This document shows positions 11,521 to 21,751 of a stretch of 29,788 nt of DNA, piece after piece. The notes below the pieces were generated by a model. That model did no database searches. It was not told the origin of the DNA and was given only the letters and a program-made list of their open reading frames with translations. Within the stretch, counting starts at the first letter, position 1. The number at the start of each line of letters is the position of its first letter. Source of the DNA: Macrostomum lignano (lineage: Eukaryota); NCBI GenBank assembly GCA_002269645.1, contig NIVC01001633.1, forward strand, positions 1-29,788. Direction: 5' to 3'. A program made the position numbers and the translations under genes.

Positions 11521-12594
11521 ACTATTCTGAATAATGAAGAAACAAAGCAGAGTGTCATTTGGTTTTTGTGCAAGCAAGGGAAATGGCAAGCAGAAATTAT
11601 TTATGAGGTACAAGCAACATATGGTAAAAGTGAACAATCAAAAATCACAGTTAACAAATGGGTGCAGTGCTTTGAAGATGGCTAGGAGATGGTTTATGGC
11701 CTTTTGCAGAGCAGCTAGCCTGCCACCATGGTCAATATGAGCTTGTGTATTATGCTCTAGATGTTGAGTCAAGCCATAGTGCAAGAGTTGTCAACTAGTA
11801 CTGGCATCTCATCAATGGCTATTCACTTAATCTTGACAGTTGCACTTGGTATATAACATGTCTTTGCTTATTGGGTCCCAAAACTTCTGACTGACTAGCA
11901 ATAGCAAGAGCAGGTCTAGGTGTGTCAGTAGCTTCTCTAGTCATATTGTAGTGATCCCAAATTTTTGGGCTAGATTGTGACTAGGGATGAATCTTGGTTC
12001 TATTATAGTGAGCCAGGGTCCAAAATGCAGAGCAATGTGTAGAAGAAGGCCAGCCATGAGCCCACACCTATCAAGACCCTAACTGCACCTTTAGCTTAGA
12101 AGCAAATGGCCACTATCTTCTAGGACAAGAAGGGCATTCTGCTTATCAAATAGCATCCCTATGGTGCCAAAATCAATAGTGAATAATATATCTAAGTCTT
12201 GCAGAAGTTGCATGAAGCCATCAAGGCCCAATGATATGGCAAGCTAAGTTGTGGCATCTTGCTTTAGCATGACAATGTCTGCTACAATCGTGGCTATTTT
12301 GGAACTGGGCTTCCAGATGTTGCCACATAAAAGAAGATAAAAGATAAAAAGATAAAAAACATACCTGAGATTGCTAGTAATGCTTTCTACAGACCCTGGC
12401 ATCAGCCATGGTCAAGGGGTTACCTGCTAATTTCTATGCTGCCAGTATAAAGAAGTTGGCTAAGAGGTGACATAAGTGCATAAGTCTCAAAAGTGCCTGC
12501 CCATGTTGAGAAGCAGGAAGAGTAACATTACATTTGTTTAATCCATTAATCTGTTAGACATGTTTGATTGTAGACTTTTCAAACAACACTTGTA
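11521..12594 (+). mobile_element. Hypermutated mariner transposon relic
   Basis: One frame (11521-12288) gives TVNKWVQCF, AYWVPKLLT, IVTRDESWFYY, IF*DKKGILL, INSE*Y and LL*HDN. Later pieces read AILELGFQMLPH and FYAASIKKLAKR*HKCI...HVEK. A right TIR remnant (reverse complement TACAAGTGTTGTTTGAAAAGTC) ends at TA 12593-12594. The left TIR was not found. Confidence 0.9.
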
Positions 12595-13299
12595 CATTTG
12601 GTTTGAGTACCCTAGCCAATTTAGTCTATTTAACCATGGCCAAAAAGAACATCCTCTAGTTTCTAAGATGTTTTTTGTCTAAGATATTAGAAAAATATAA
12701 CTTGCAATAGCACCTCGGCTCTAATAATATAATAATATGAGAAATAAACATTGGGGCAAAGCTCAACTATTTGATTTTCTTTAGGTTTCCTAATTGTATA
12801 ATCAAAACCCAAGGCCAAGTATTCATTTAGACCAGAGTTCACCATCTTGTCCCCAAATGATTATGCAGAGCTAATCTTGTGTCTGGGCTCTGACTTTTTG
12901 GACATTACCTATCTGACAAATGAGTAAGAACAATCTATAGGCCTAATAGTCATATGCTTCAATGTTGTCTTGTCCACTTTGAACAATAAGTCTAATGGAT
13001 ATTATAAATGAGTAAGCTGCCATGTCCATCTGTCTATTCTAATCTATCTGTCTGCCTACCTACCCTAGGTGCTCAGTGAACTACCAGAATAGTACCATAG
13101 TAGAGCAATTTTGCCTGCCCTTGAAAGCAAAACCACAGAGTCCATTGGAATGACTAAAAGACTAAGCATTGTGGCTAATGATTTCAAAAAGTTCTGTGTT
13201 AATCTTGAATTGCCCCTATAACTCTTTAGAAGAATTTCCCCCAAATTGTAGAATAGCCCCTAGAATTTTTTAGAAGAATAGTAGGGATACTTATATTAG

Positions 13300-13420
13300 A
13301 GATCTTTAATAGAGACTCCTTGCTATCTGTGGAATGCTTGCTATCTAGGAGAAGATATTTGCTATTATGGGATGCTTGCTATTGGGAGATACTTGCTATC
13401 TTTAGGATACTTCCTATTCG
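13300..13420. repeat. Short decayed tandem repeat (~20 bp, ggat(g/a)cttgctat core)
   Basis: About five imperfect copies of atgcttgctat / atacttgctat / atatttgctat. Confidence 0.55.
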
Positions 13421-14094
13421 GAAAAGGTGCTTTTGGTCTTAATGTTTTCTATTTAAGGAGAATGCCTATTGTCTTTGTGAAGGCTTTATTTTATTGTCCT
13501 TTTATTTCTTGCATAAAAATAAATTCATAGCAAACATCTTTGTAACAATTTTACTTGAATAAAGTGATTTGCATTTTTTGGAAAATAACAAGGTCTATTT
13601 TTAGAGTTTAAACTTATCATATATATATTAAACTATCTAATTTTTTATAGGCCTAAAATTAAAAAAATGCAACAAAAAGACAATTGCAAACAAATGTATT
13701 CTTATAAATTGATTTGCCATGACTATCTAAATATGTATATTGATTTTTTTTCAATTTTCATAGTAGCCAAATTACTAATGAGCCTAAAAAGCAAAGTATC
13801 CTCTTTTTACCCTATGTCACCTATGTTATATATCACCTATCCATTTGTTTGCCTTGGTAAGCAGGACCAATCATATATCAGTAAGACTAATATATTTATA
13901 TACATTTATTTATACACTACAAAGCCAATTTCTCTATTGGAGAAGAAAAGGGATAGAACTCTATTTCTAGAATTCCATTCCTTAAAATATATTAGCTAAA
14001 TCCTATGACCCAAATTCCATCTTCTAAATCCTTTGCAACACTTCTATAAAATCTAAAATACCATATCTTGTTTTCCCTGTTTGTAAAAACTGAC

Positions 14095-14490
14095 TGTCAT
14101 TGTCTAGACTTGGACTTTCTCCTGTATTTTGTTTTATCTTTACTTTTTTATCTCTGACTCTTATCTATTATCTCTTTTTTTCCTCTTTCTTTTTTATTAT
14201 TTTATCTCTTTTCTCTCTTCTCTCTTTTTTTATCTCTTTTTTCCTCTCTGCACTCTCATTTCTACTCTTCTTTCCTTTCTATTTTTTGCTTTTTTTGCTT
14301 TTATCTTTTCTTCTATCTTTTTGTTCTGTGTTCTCTTATTTCTTTTCTCTCTCTTATCTCTCCTTTTTTCTTTTTATCTATTTTATTTCTCATTTCTTAT
14401 TTGTAATCTAACATTTCTTATTTATTCTATCTTTACTTCTTTTCTTCTCATTTGTATCATTTGTATTCTCTATATTTCTCCTTTCTTATA
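14095..14490. repeat. Pyrimidine-rich (CT/T) low-complexity tract
   Basis: Near-pure T/C sequence; it explains the F/L/S-rich pseudo-ORFs at 14100 and 14129. Confidence 0.85.
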
Positions 14491-15000
14491 TTTTCTCTGC
14501 ATAGGGCTCTACCACTATTGTTACAATACAGATCATACTCAAACTGCTAGCCTGGGAAGTCATCAAATATAATAAATTAGGTTTGGTTAGGAAGCAATAA
14601 AACCTACCAGAAAGAAAGAATAAGGCAAAAAAATGATAAGTGTCCAAGCTTGATATACTTCAATATAATTGGTAAATTTTTTTCATTCTACATAAAAAAT
14701 AAAACTGTTATAAATAAACTTTTACAGACAATATTATTATTTAATAGAATTTTAATTGCAAAAAGTACTAACTGCTTTTAACTTAAATGTAAAAATGATA
14801 ACATGGAAAATCAAAAGCATATAATAACAAAATAATGGAATTAAAAAGTTTAAAAAAATGGCTAGGAAAATTTTCTTTTATATTTTATGCATTAGCAGAA
14901 CTTGACAAAACTTTCTAATACTAGATTGATTCTAATTTCATGACATAGAAAAATTATTTTTCAAATACTAATAAAACTAACATTAACTGTACTAAAAATA

Positions 15001-16760
15001 CAAGGATTTTCCATAAGTACTTATACTTTTGCATGCTGCTCAGGAACTACGCAACCAATCATTGTAAGTTTTATGTCGCTGGAAAGCGGCTTTACTCATC
15101 TTTAATCTGTCGCCAAAATCATTTCGTTCTGTCAACTATGTCAAAAGTTACAACAAAAAACGTAGTCAAAGGTCACCCATAGACTTACAAGAAATTTTCA
15201 AAATCAAAACTTCAAAGTTCAGCACGCAGAGTTATTTCGGATTCTACATAATGCATTCTTTTTTGCTTCATAAGCGAATGCCACACCCTTTTCATCTATG
15301 GAAAATACTGGCCTAAGCTTTCACAGCATCTTAATCTTAAGATCACAGCATCTTAATCTTGTAAAGTTTCACCACCTTGGCTGCTGCTGCATCACCATGG
15401 ATGTGAACTCAAGGGAAGGACAGCGCGCTGCAATTTTTACCCTCTGGAAACTCGGAAAAAAGCGATCAGAGATTTATGCGGATTTATGCAACATTCATGG
15501 AGCTAATGCGGTGAGCAGGATGACCGTCTACAACTGGGTTGAGCAGTTCGAAGCAGGAAGGACCAATGTTGCTGATTTGCCGAGGTCGGGCCGCCCCTGC
15601 ACATCAGGCTCTGATGCTCTCACCGATCGAATTCTTGATCTGCTGGACGAAGATTGTCGGCTAACGATTCGACAGATTGCAGATAGACTGGACACGCCGA
15701 GCACAACTGTGCATCGCTGCTTGTCGCGCATGGACTTTGTCAAGCTGACTGCTCGTTGGGTGCCACGCCTACTCACCTCGGACTTGAGACTGCAGAGGCA
15801 GCAGATTTGTCAGGCCAATATTCGGATGATGGAAGAATACGGTGGTTGGGATCTCTTCCATCGAATGATAGTCACTGGAGATGAAACCTGGATTCCCCAT
15901 TTTGATCCACCAACGAAACGTGATTCCCAGGTCTGGATGCTGAAGGGCTCTGATCCTCCGGTAAAAGCTCAAAGGGACGCACATGGAAAGAAGATCATGC
16001 TGTCTCTGTTTTTCGACTGCAATGGTCCTCTAACTGTCGAGTTTTTGGAGCCAAACACTACAATAAACTCTGAGCGCTACGTTGAAACGCTAACAAAGCT
16101 GCATCATGACATCCAGAACAAGCGTCGTGAAAATCCCAGACCTTTCATTCTTCATCATGACAATGCAAGGCCTCATACAGCACAAAAGACAGTCGAGGCA
16201 ATCAGCAAGCTGAAGCTCCATCTTCTACCTCACCCTCCTTACTCTCCAGACCTGGCACCAGCAGACTTTGCTTTATTTCCAGAGTTGAAGCGCCATCTGA
16301 AAGGACGCGTGTACGAGACCAGGAACCAGATCGAGGAGGAAGTCCGCAGAATTCTGCTGTATGTCATCCCCCGACAGCTGTACGCAGAAGCCATCAAAAG
16401 CATGTTTAAAGTTTAACAGGTGGACCAAGTGCATCAACTCCGGTGGAAACTACGTTGAGAAGGTGTCGGTACCGACTGAGGATGAGTGACAAAGAAGTCA
16501 AACTTTCTGTCATCAACAACGCGCCTCTGTTTTCATGCTTGCCATTGTAGTTGTTGCTCTTTAAATTTCTTGTAAGTCTATGGGTGACCTTTGACTACGT
16601 TTTTTGTTGTAACTTTTGACATAGTTGACAGAACGAAATGATTTTGGCGACAGATTAAAGATGAGTAAAGCCGCTTTCCAGCGACATAAAACTTACAATG
16701 ATTGGTTGCATAGTTCCTGAGCAGCATGCAAAAGTATAAGTACTTATGGAACATCCCTCG
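15001..16760 (+). mobile_element. Full-length mariner (DD34D) transposon with ~197-bp TIRs and TA target duplication
   Basis: TA at 14999-15000 and 16761-16762. 15001-15197 is the near-perfect reverse complement of 16563-16760. A transposase ORF lies inside. Confidence 0.95.
15397..16489 (+). pseudogene. Mariner transposase, frameshifted near the C-terminus
   Basis: Probable start at ACCATGG 15397 (MDVNSREGQRAAIF). Motifs present: RSGRP, ARWVPRLLT, IVTGDETW, HDNARPH and YSPDLAPADF, with 34 residues between the 2nd and 3rd catalytic D. The ORF stops at 16416. The expected tail RWTKCINSGGNYVEK continues in the +1 frame (16418-16489). Confidence 0.92.
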
Positions 16761-16817
16761 TAATTGAGTTATATGCATTAGAAAATAAACATTATCATTT
16801 GTTCAATACATTAACAT

Positions 16818-17230
16818 TAGAGGTCAAGTGGGATCCCCATCCAATCTCAAAATCTTAGGATCCTAAGAAAAATTGGATTTCCATGGGACCAGAATCTCAA
16901 CCCTAAAAAACATGAGAAGCAGGAATAGGTCTTTTGATTAAAAAGTTATAGAATTAGTAATTGCTTGACTTGAATATATTTTGTTTTACATTGTACTCAT
17001 TACATTATTACTTTGTTGGTTACAAAACTTTGCATTAATTTTGTTGTTTTTTACTTTTTGATCTTGACATTTTTTGTTCAATTTTGTTTTTACTTTATAT
17101 GGACCTTTTAGCTACAATACACTAAAAGACCTGATCCTAATTCCCAAATCCCAATCCTAATCCCAATCCAGGAAAAACGTTATTCCCAATCTTGATCCTG
17201 CTTGAAGATTTCAATCCTGTCTAGCCTCCA
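16818..17230. mobile_element. Decayed MITE-like element (possibly hAT-type) with ~17-bp TIRs and ATCCCG-like subterminal repeats
   Basis: The left end TAGAGGTCAAGTGGGAT and the reverse complement of the right end TGGAGGCTAGACAGGAT differ at 7 sites, all transitions. Clustered atccca/atccta/atcctg hexamers lie near the ends. No TSD is evident. Confidence 0.5.
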
Positions 17231-17981
17231 TTTTGGTAAATGATAATGTAAATGATGATAATTAAATGATACCATTTTAGAAGGGTGCTAGTAAACTTGT
17301 CAATTTTTTTCCTCAATTGGCTTTGCTGTGTAATAAATTTGTCAACTGGTAAATTCCTCAGCATAGTACACATGCACAGTATATGCAGCTAGTCTCAGTG
17401 TACAAATAAAACAGATTCATAAAAACAATGAACTGAGCCATGTCATTGTAATGCTGGTTTTTAGGCATAGGCCAGATAAGCAAATCATCTATCATTGGAA
17501 TATGTTTTTGCTAGATTGACTGGATAAGAGACATGCAACAGCGCATTGTAGCACCTAGTAGTCTGCCATATATAATATGATCAAATATGAGATATGATCA
17601 AATTAAAAACAATAAAACCAAGAATCTTCTATTTCAACAACTAGTAGCTAGGGGACCATATTTCTACATCTCTTTTGTTTGCATCACTTATTTCTGTATA
17701 CTTTGTTATACTGCATATTAGTTATACATTATACAAACTGAGGTAAACTCATTAACACAATTGACAAATAAAAAGTTGACAAGTTCACTCAGATCCTTTT
17801 AGAATAGGCCTAATATTCTATTTTGGAATATTATTAATACACTTTATCATGTTTAATACTAATAGGCCTAATCATTCAAATATTGCTAGGCTTAAAAAAA
17901 CTTTTAAAATCTTATTAGAATGCTAGACAGCCTAGTCATATCATTGATTTAATGATGGGAGACATTTTCAATATAAAAAAC

Positions 17982-18726
17982 AGAAGTGCTTATCCCCACG
18001 GTCCCATGTCAATAATTCTAATTTTATCTACACGGATCCATGTCAATAATTTCTAGCTTATTCCCATGGCAGCTTATTGAAATAGTTGCCACTATTCAAG
18101 TCTTATAGGCCATGTCAATAATTCCAATTTTATCACATGGATCCGTGTCAATAATTTTCAGCTTATCCCCATAGCTAGATTGTGCAGTTGTTTGTGTTAA
18201 GTTTTGTGTACTGACATTAAATTGATATTGTCATTATTATCAATATTATTATTATTAGGCCTATTATTACATTTTGAATTTTAAATTTTGCAAGTCTCAT
18301 TTGCCTTACTCAATAGAGTATGTAATTTGGTCATTCTAAGCAAAGCTGGCAGCTAAGCAAATATTTAAAATTAACCCTTTAGTTTTAGTGCAGAAAAAGT
18401 TTTAACAAAGTACTTAATACTATTCAATATTCAGTATTTTATTTAAAAGATTTGTAAAACTATGAAAACAAATAGACAGTTTTATTCATTTTAAGGTTCT
18501 TTATTCCAATAGGCCCTAAGCTGTCGTGGGGATAAGCTGAAAATTATCAACATGGATCTGTGTGAATAAAATTGGAATTATTGACAAGGCCTATAAGACT
18601 TTAATCAGTTGAATGGTGACAACTATTTCAATAAGCTGCTGTGGGGATAAGCTAGAAATTATTGACATGGATCTGTGTGGATAAAATTAGAATTATTGGC
18701 AGGGGACTGTGGGGATAAGCACTTCC
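17982..18726. mobile_element. Non-autonomous foldback/MITE with ~190-205-bp inverted arms containing internal subrepeats
   Basis: 17982-~18171 aligns with the reverse complement of ~18520-18726. Flanks taaaaaac / aaaaaaac may be an 8-bp TSD with one mismatch. The AT-rich spacer is non-coding. Confidence 0.85.
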
Positions 18727-20965
18727 AAAAAAACAATCTAGTATTGGTCTCATGTTTGAAGAAAATTGTTTTTTAAAGCTATTTTTTCTGAAATCTATTA
18801 TATACCTACCTACCTACCTAACCACATTAAGACAACTTATTTTTAGTATTATGGATAAAATATAAGTGGCCTATGGCCTATGCCACCTATGCCGCACATC
18901 TAGCTGCAGCCTACAGCTGCAGGGCACAGAGCTCAGTATTAATTAGGAACAAACAAATTTGGCAACAGAAATTTAACACGGACTAATTCGGCGAAAGCAA
19001 ATTCGGCAACACGTCTTTTTATAGCTAAAGACAAAAGTTAAAGCGAACTACGCACCTTTTTTGGTAGACACGAAAATATCCTGATAATCGATATCTCGAC
19101 ATTTTTTTGATAGAAACAGAGAAGAAACTTTAAAAAAAGTGGTTCATTTCCTAATAAATGTTTAATCATAGGATATAAAAAACCAACTAAACAAATTAAA
19201 AGAAGGTGTAAGAAATTCTAAGAAACATAAAAAACGTTTTAATAAATACAGAAAATTGTTTGACTTTTCGTTTCAAAGAACATAAAAATTTAAGTTGCTC
19301 ATGGTGCGGCGGTGAGCGCATGCAAGCTAACCAGGCTAATTCATCATAGTCTAAATCGGGCAAAAAGCACTATTTTATAGGTAGCTAACTACGTTTCTTC
19401 TTGTTACTGATTAAAATTTCAAACCATAGAAACTTTTGAAATTTCAAGCCCACTTTACAACTTATATCATAAATATAATATTATAACTTTGACTTTTTGT
19501 TTCTCAACCTGTCCGCTGTCTGTGTGTCTGGACTTTGGCTGCTAGCTGCGCAGTAAAAAATGGCTCTTTCTAACACATTGTTACAAAATATAAAACTTCT
19601 ACAGACTAATGAAATGTACGAGGATATCAAAATTGTGGTAAGTAAAGACATTTAAATATAATATCTATGTAATATTATGATTCATTATGGTAGATCTAGA
19701 CTGACTGACTAGTGACTAGGCCCCTAGCCTAGATCTGAAGGCATAATTAAATTGTCTTATTTTGAATTGATAAAGCTAAGTAAATACTTGATTCCTGTAT
19801 TGTGATTTAATCAATTACAATGATTAGCTCTAAAATAATGGCGAAATAAAAAACATTGGATTAAATGATAAAACAAATATGTGTACTGTAGCTTCTGTAC
19901 TGTACTGTACTGTAAATATGTGGACTTCTTCAAGTTTATGTTGATAAAATACTTCCGATTTTTCGATTTTTCTGAAACTTGCGGTGGAGACTTATGGGGG
20001 ATCCAAAATTACATAAATGCAAAAAAAGTGTAGAAAGTTACCTGTATGGTTGATGCAATGATGATTTACTTGATTCCCTATTCTCTTAATAAGGTTCAGT
20101 GAGAAAAAGTTTTACAAATACATTTTTGAAAGTGTATCCACTTGACTTTTTATTTTATGGCACATATGCTAGAACTTCATTAGGCCAATTAAAGATGAAT
20201 ACTAATATCTACAAATGGCAATCCTACACTTCCGTTTGGTAAATTATTTTGACACTGAATTTTGAACAGGCGTGTTAAATAACAATGTAACCAAACAAAA
20301 CTGAAACAGTGGAACATGGTAGCAGTCTGTTAGAGTGCATAGTCACTTAGAGTGTGTCTGCAGGTCATTAAGGTGTCTATAATGGATAGTAATGTCCAAT
20401 CCAGTACAGGATAGCCCCAAATGGACATTGGGGATATAGACAATGCCAGAGGAATTCCTCAATGTGTGCATTGAAGAGAGCATCGCTCGTGCTATGCATG
20501 TTGCAGATCTTGCACTTTGCGTGGGCCTATGTGCCCTCCACGGTGTTGGTGTGGACTATTGGGTCTGCTGGATCTACGAAGTGCAGCCGATGGGAAATGA
20601 GAAATTGAAGCTCAAAAAACAAGCAGCTCACAAGCAACAGCTCCCTTAAACTGACACCCCCTTAAACTCTGTTCGCTCAAACTTTTGGCCATAGACACAT
20701 TGCCAATTGACGTCATTTGACTCGGTGGTACGAATTCAAATGTTAAAATAATTTACCGAACGGAAGTGTAGGATTGCCCTACAAATTAATATGCAAATGT
20801 TTTTTATGTTTGGATTATAGTTTTTCAATTTAGTTATAATGCATAGACAGTGCCACGTCACTGTGTGCTTTTTTTTAAAAACTGCCATGTCACAACTTGC
20901 ACTTTCACTGCACCCAGCCAAAGCAATGTTCAAAACTCGCACTTGTATTTAAGGCAGTAACAGCA

Positions 20966-21751
20966 GGCTCATTCCATATAAGATGGACATATTTGGAAAA
21001 TAGAAAAAAGTCAATATTTTTGCTTGCCATTGCCTAATTAGCCTATTTTTTTACCAAATGTTTATATTGTGCAATATATACAATCTAAGAATAAAGGAAT
21101 GGTAAAATGTTGGATTAGTATGTTATCAATTGGCAAAAAGTCATTTTTGTAAAAATTTGGACATTTTTCGAAGCAAAAGACATCATTAAGATTTTGTACC
21201 TTTTAAAAACAAATAGAAAGCTTTTGAAGGTTGAAACAAACTATAGATAAAAGTATAGTACTTGCATCATCAGATAAAAGCATTGGTGACCAAATAATCT
21301 ATTATATTTTTAATGTATTAGTACCTCAAAGTTACTGAATTGACAGAAAAAAATATGTTACGACCATAATGCTACGACCATAAGGCTGCCTTTTCTTTTG
21401 TATCTTTGTTGCCTTTTGAGTTTATATATTCTAATAAAAGAGTATGATTTCTAAAGATGTTCTTAGTCAAATTTTAAAAATGTATTGCAAAATATCAAAA
21501 ATGAAAAATGTTATAAGACTTTTACCTTTTAGTTTCTATATGTCAAAAATCCTGTCGTTATGACCATAAGTGTCATTTAAGGTTTAATAGCATCTATACT
21601 AATGATGATATCTATATGAAACTCTATAAATATATTCTAGACAAAATAATCTTTCATTTAAAATATTGGTTTAGTATATTCTATTATTAGATTTCATTTT
21701 ATAAGTAAAAATAACCTGTCATGTTACGACCATGCTTATATGGAATGAGCC
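20966..21751. mobile_element. Non-autonomous DNA transposon candidate, 17-bp TIR GGCTCATTCCATATAAG
   Basis: Perfect inverted repeat at 20966-20982 and 21735-21751. AGCA lies directly outside both ends (candidate 4-bp TSD). The AT-rich interior has repeated (t)acgaccat motifs. Confidence 0.65.

Noticed and set aside
11521-12288. TAG reassignment or stop-codon readthrough as the explanation for the in-frame TAGs
   Set aside because: The TAGs replace several different residues (Trp, Gln, Arg), TAA and TGA stops also occur, and missense transitions damage catalytic motifs. Neighbouring intact genes show no internal TAG.
13667-14572. Hydrophobic membrane-protein-like ORFs
   Set aside because: They come from AT-rich sequence and a T/C low-complexity tract.
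15298-15396. N-terminal extension of the transposase (MENTGLSF...)
   Set aside because: It runs through an 18-bp direct repeat and lacks mariner similarity; ATG 15397 has a better context and the expected position.
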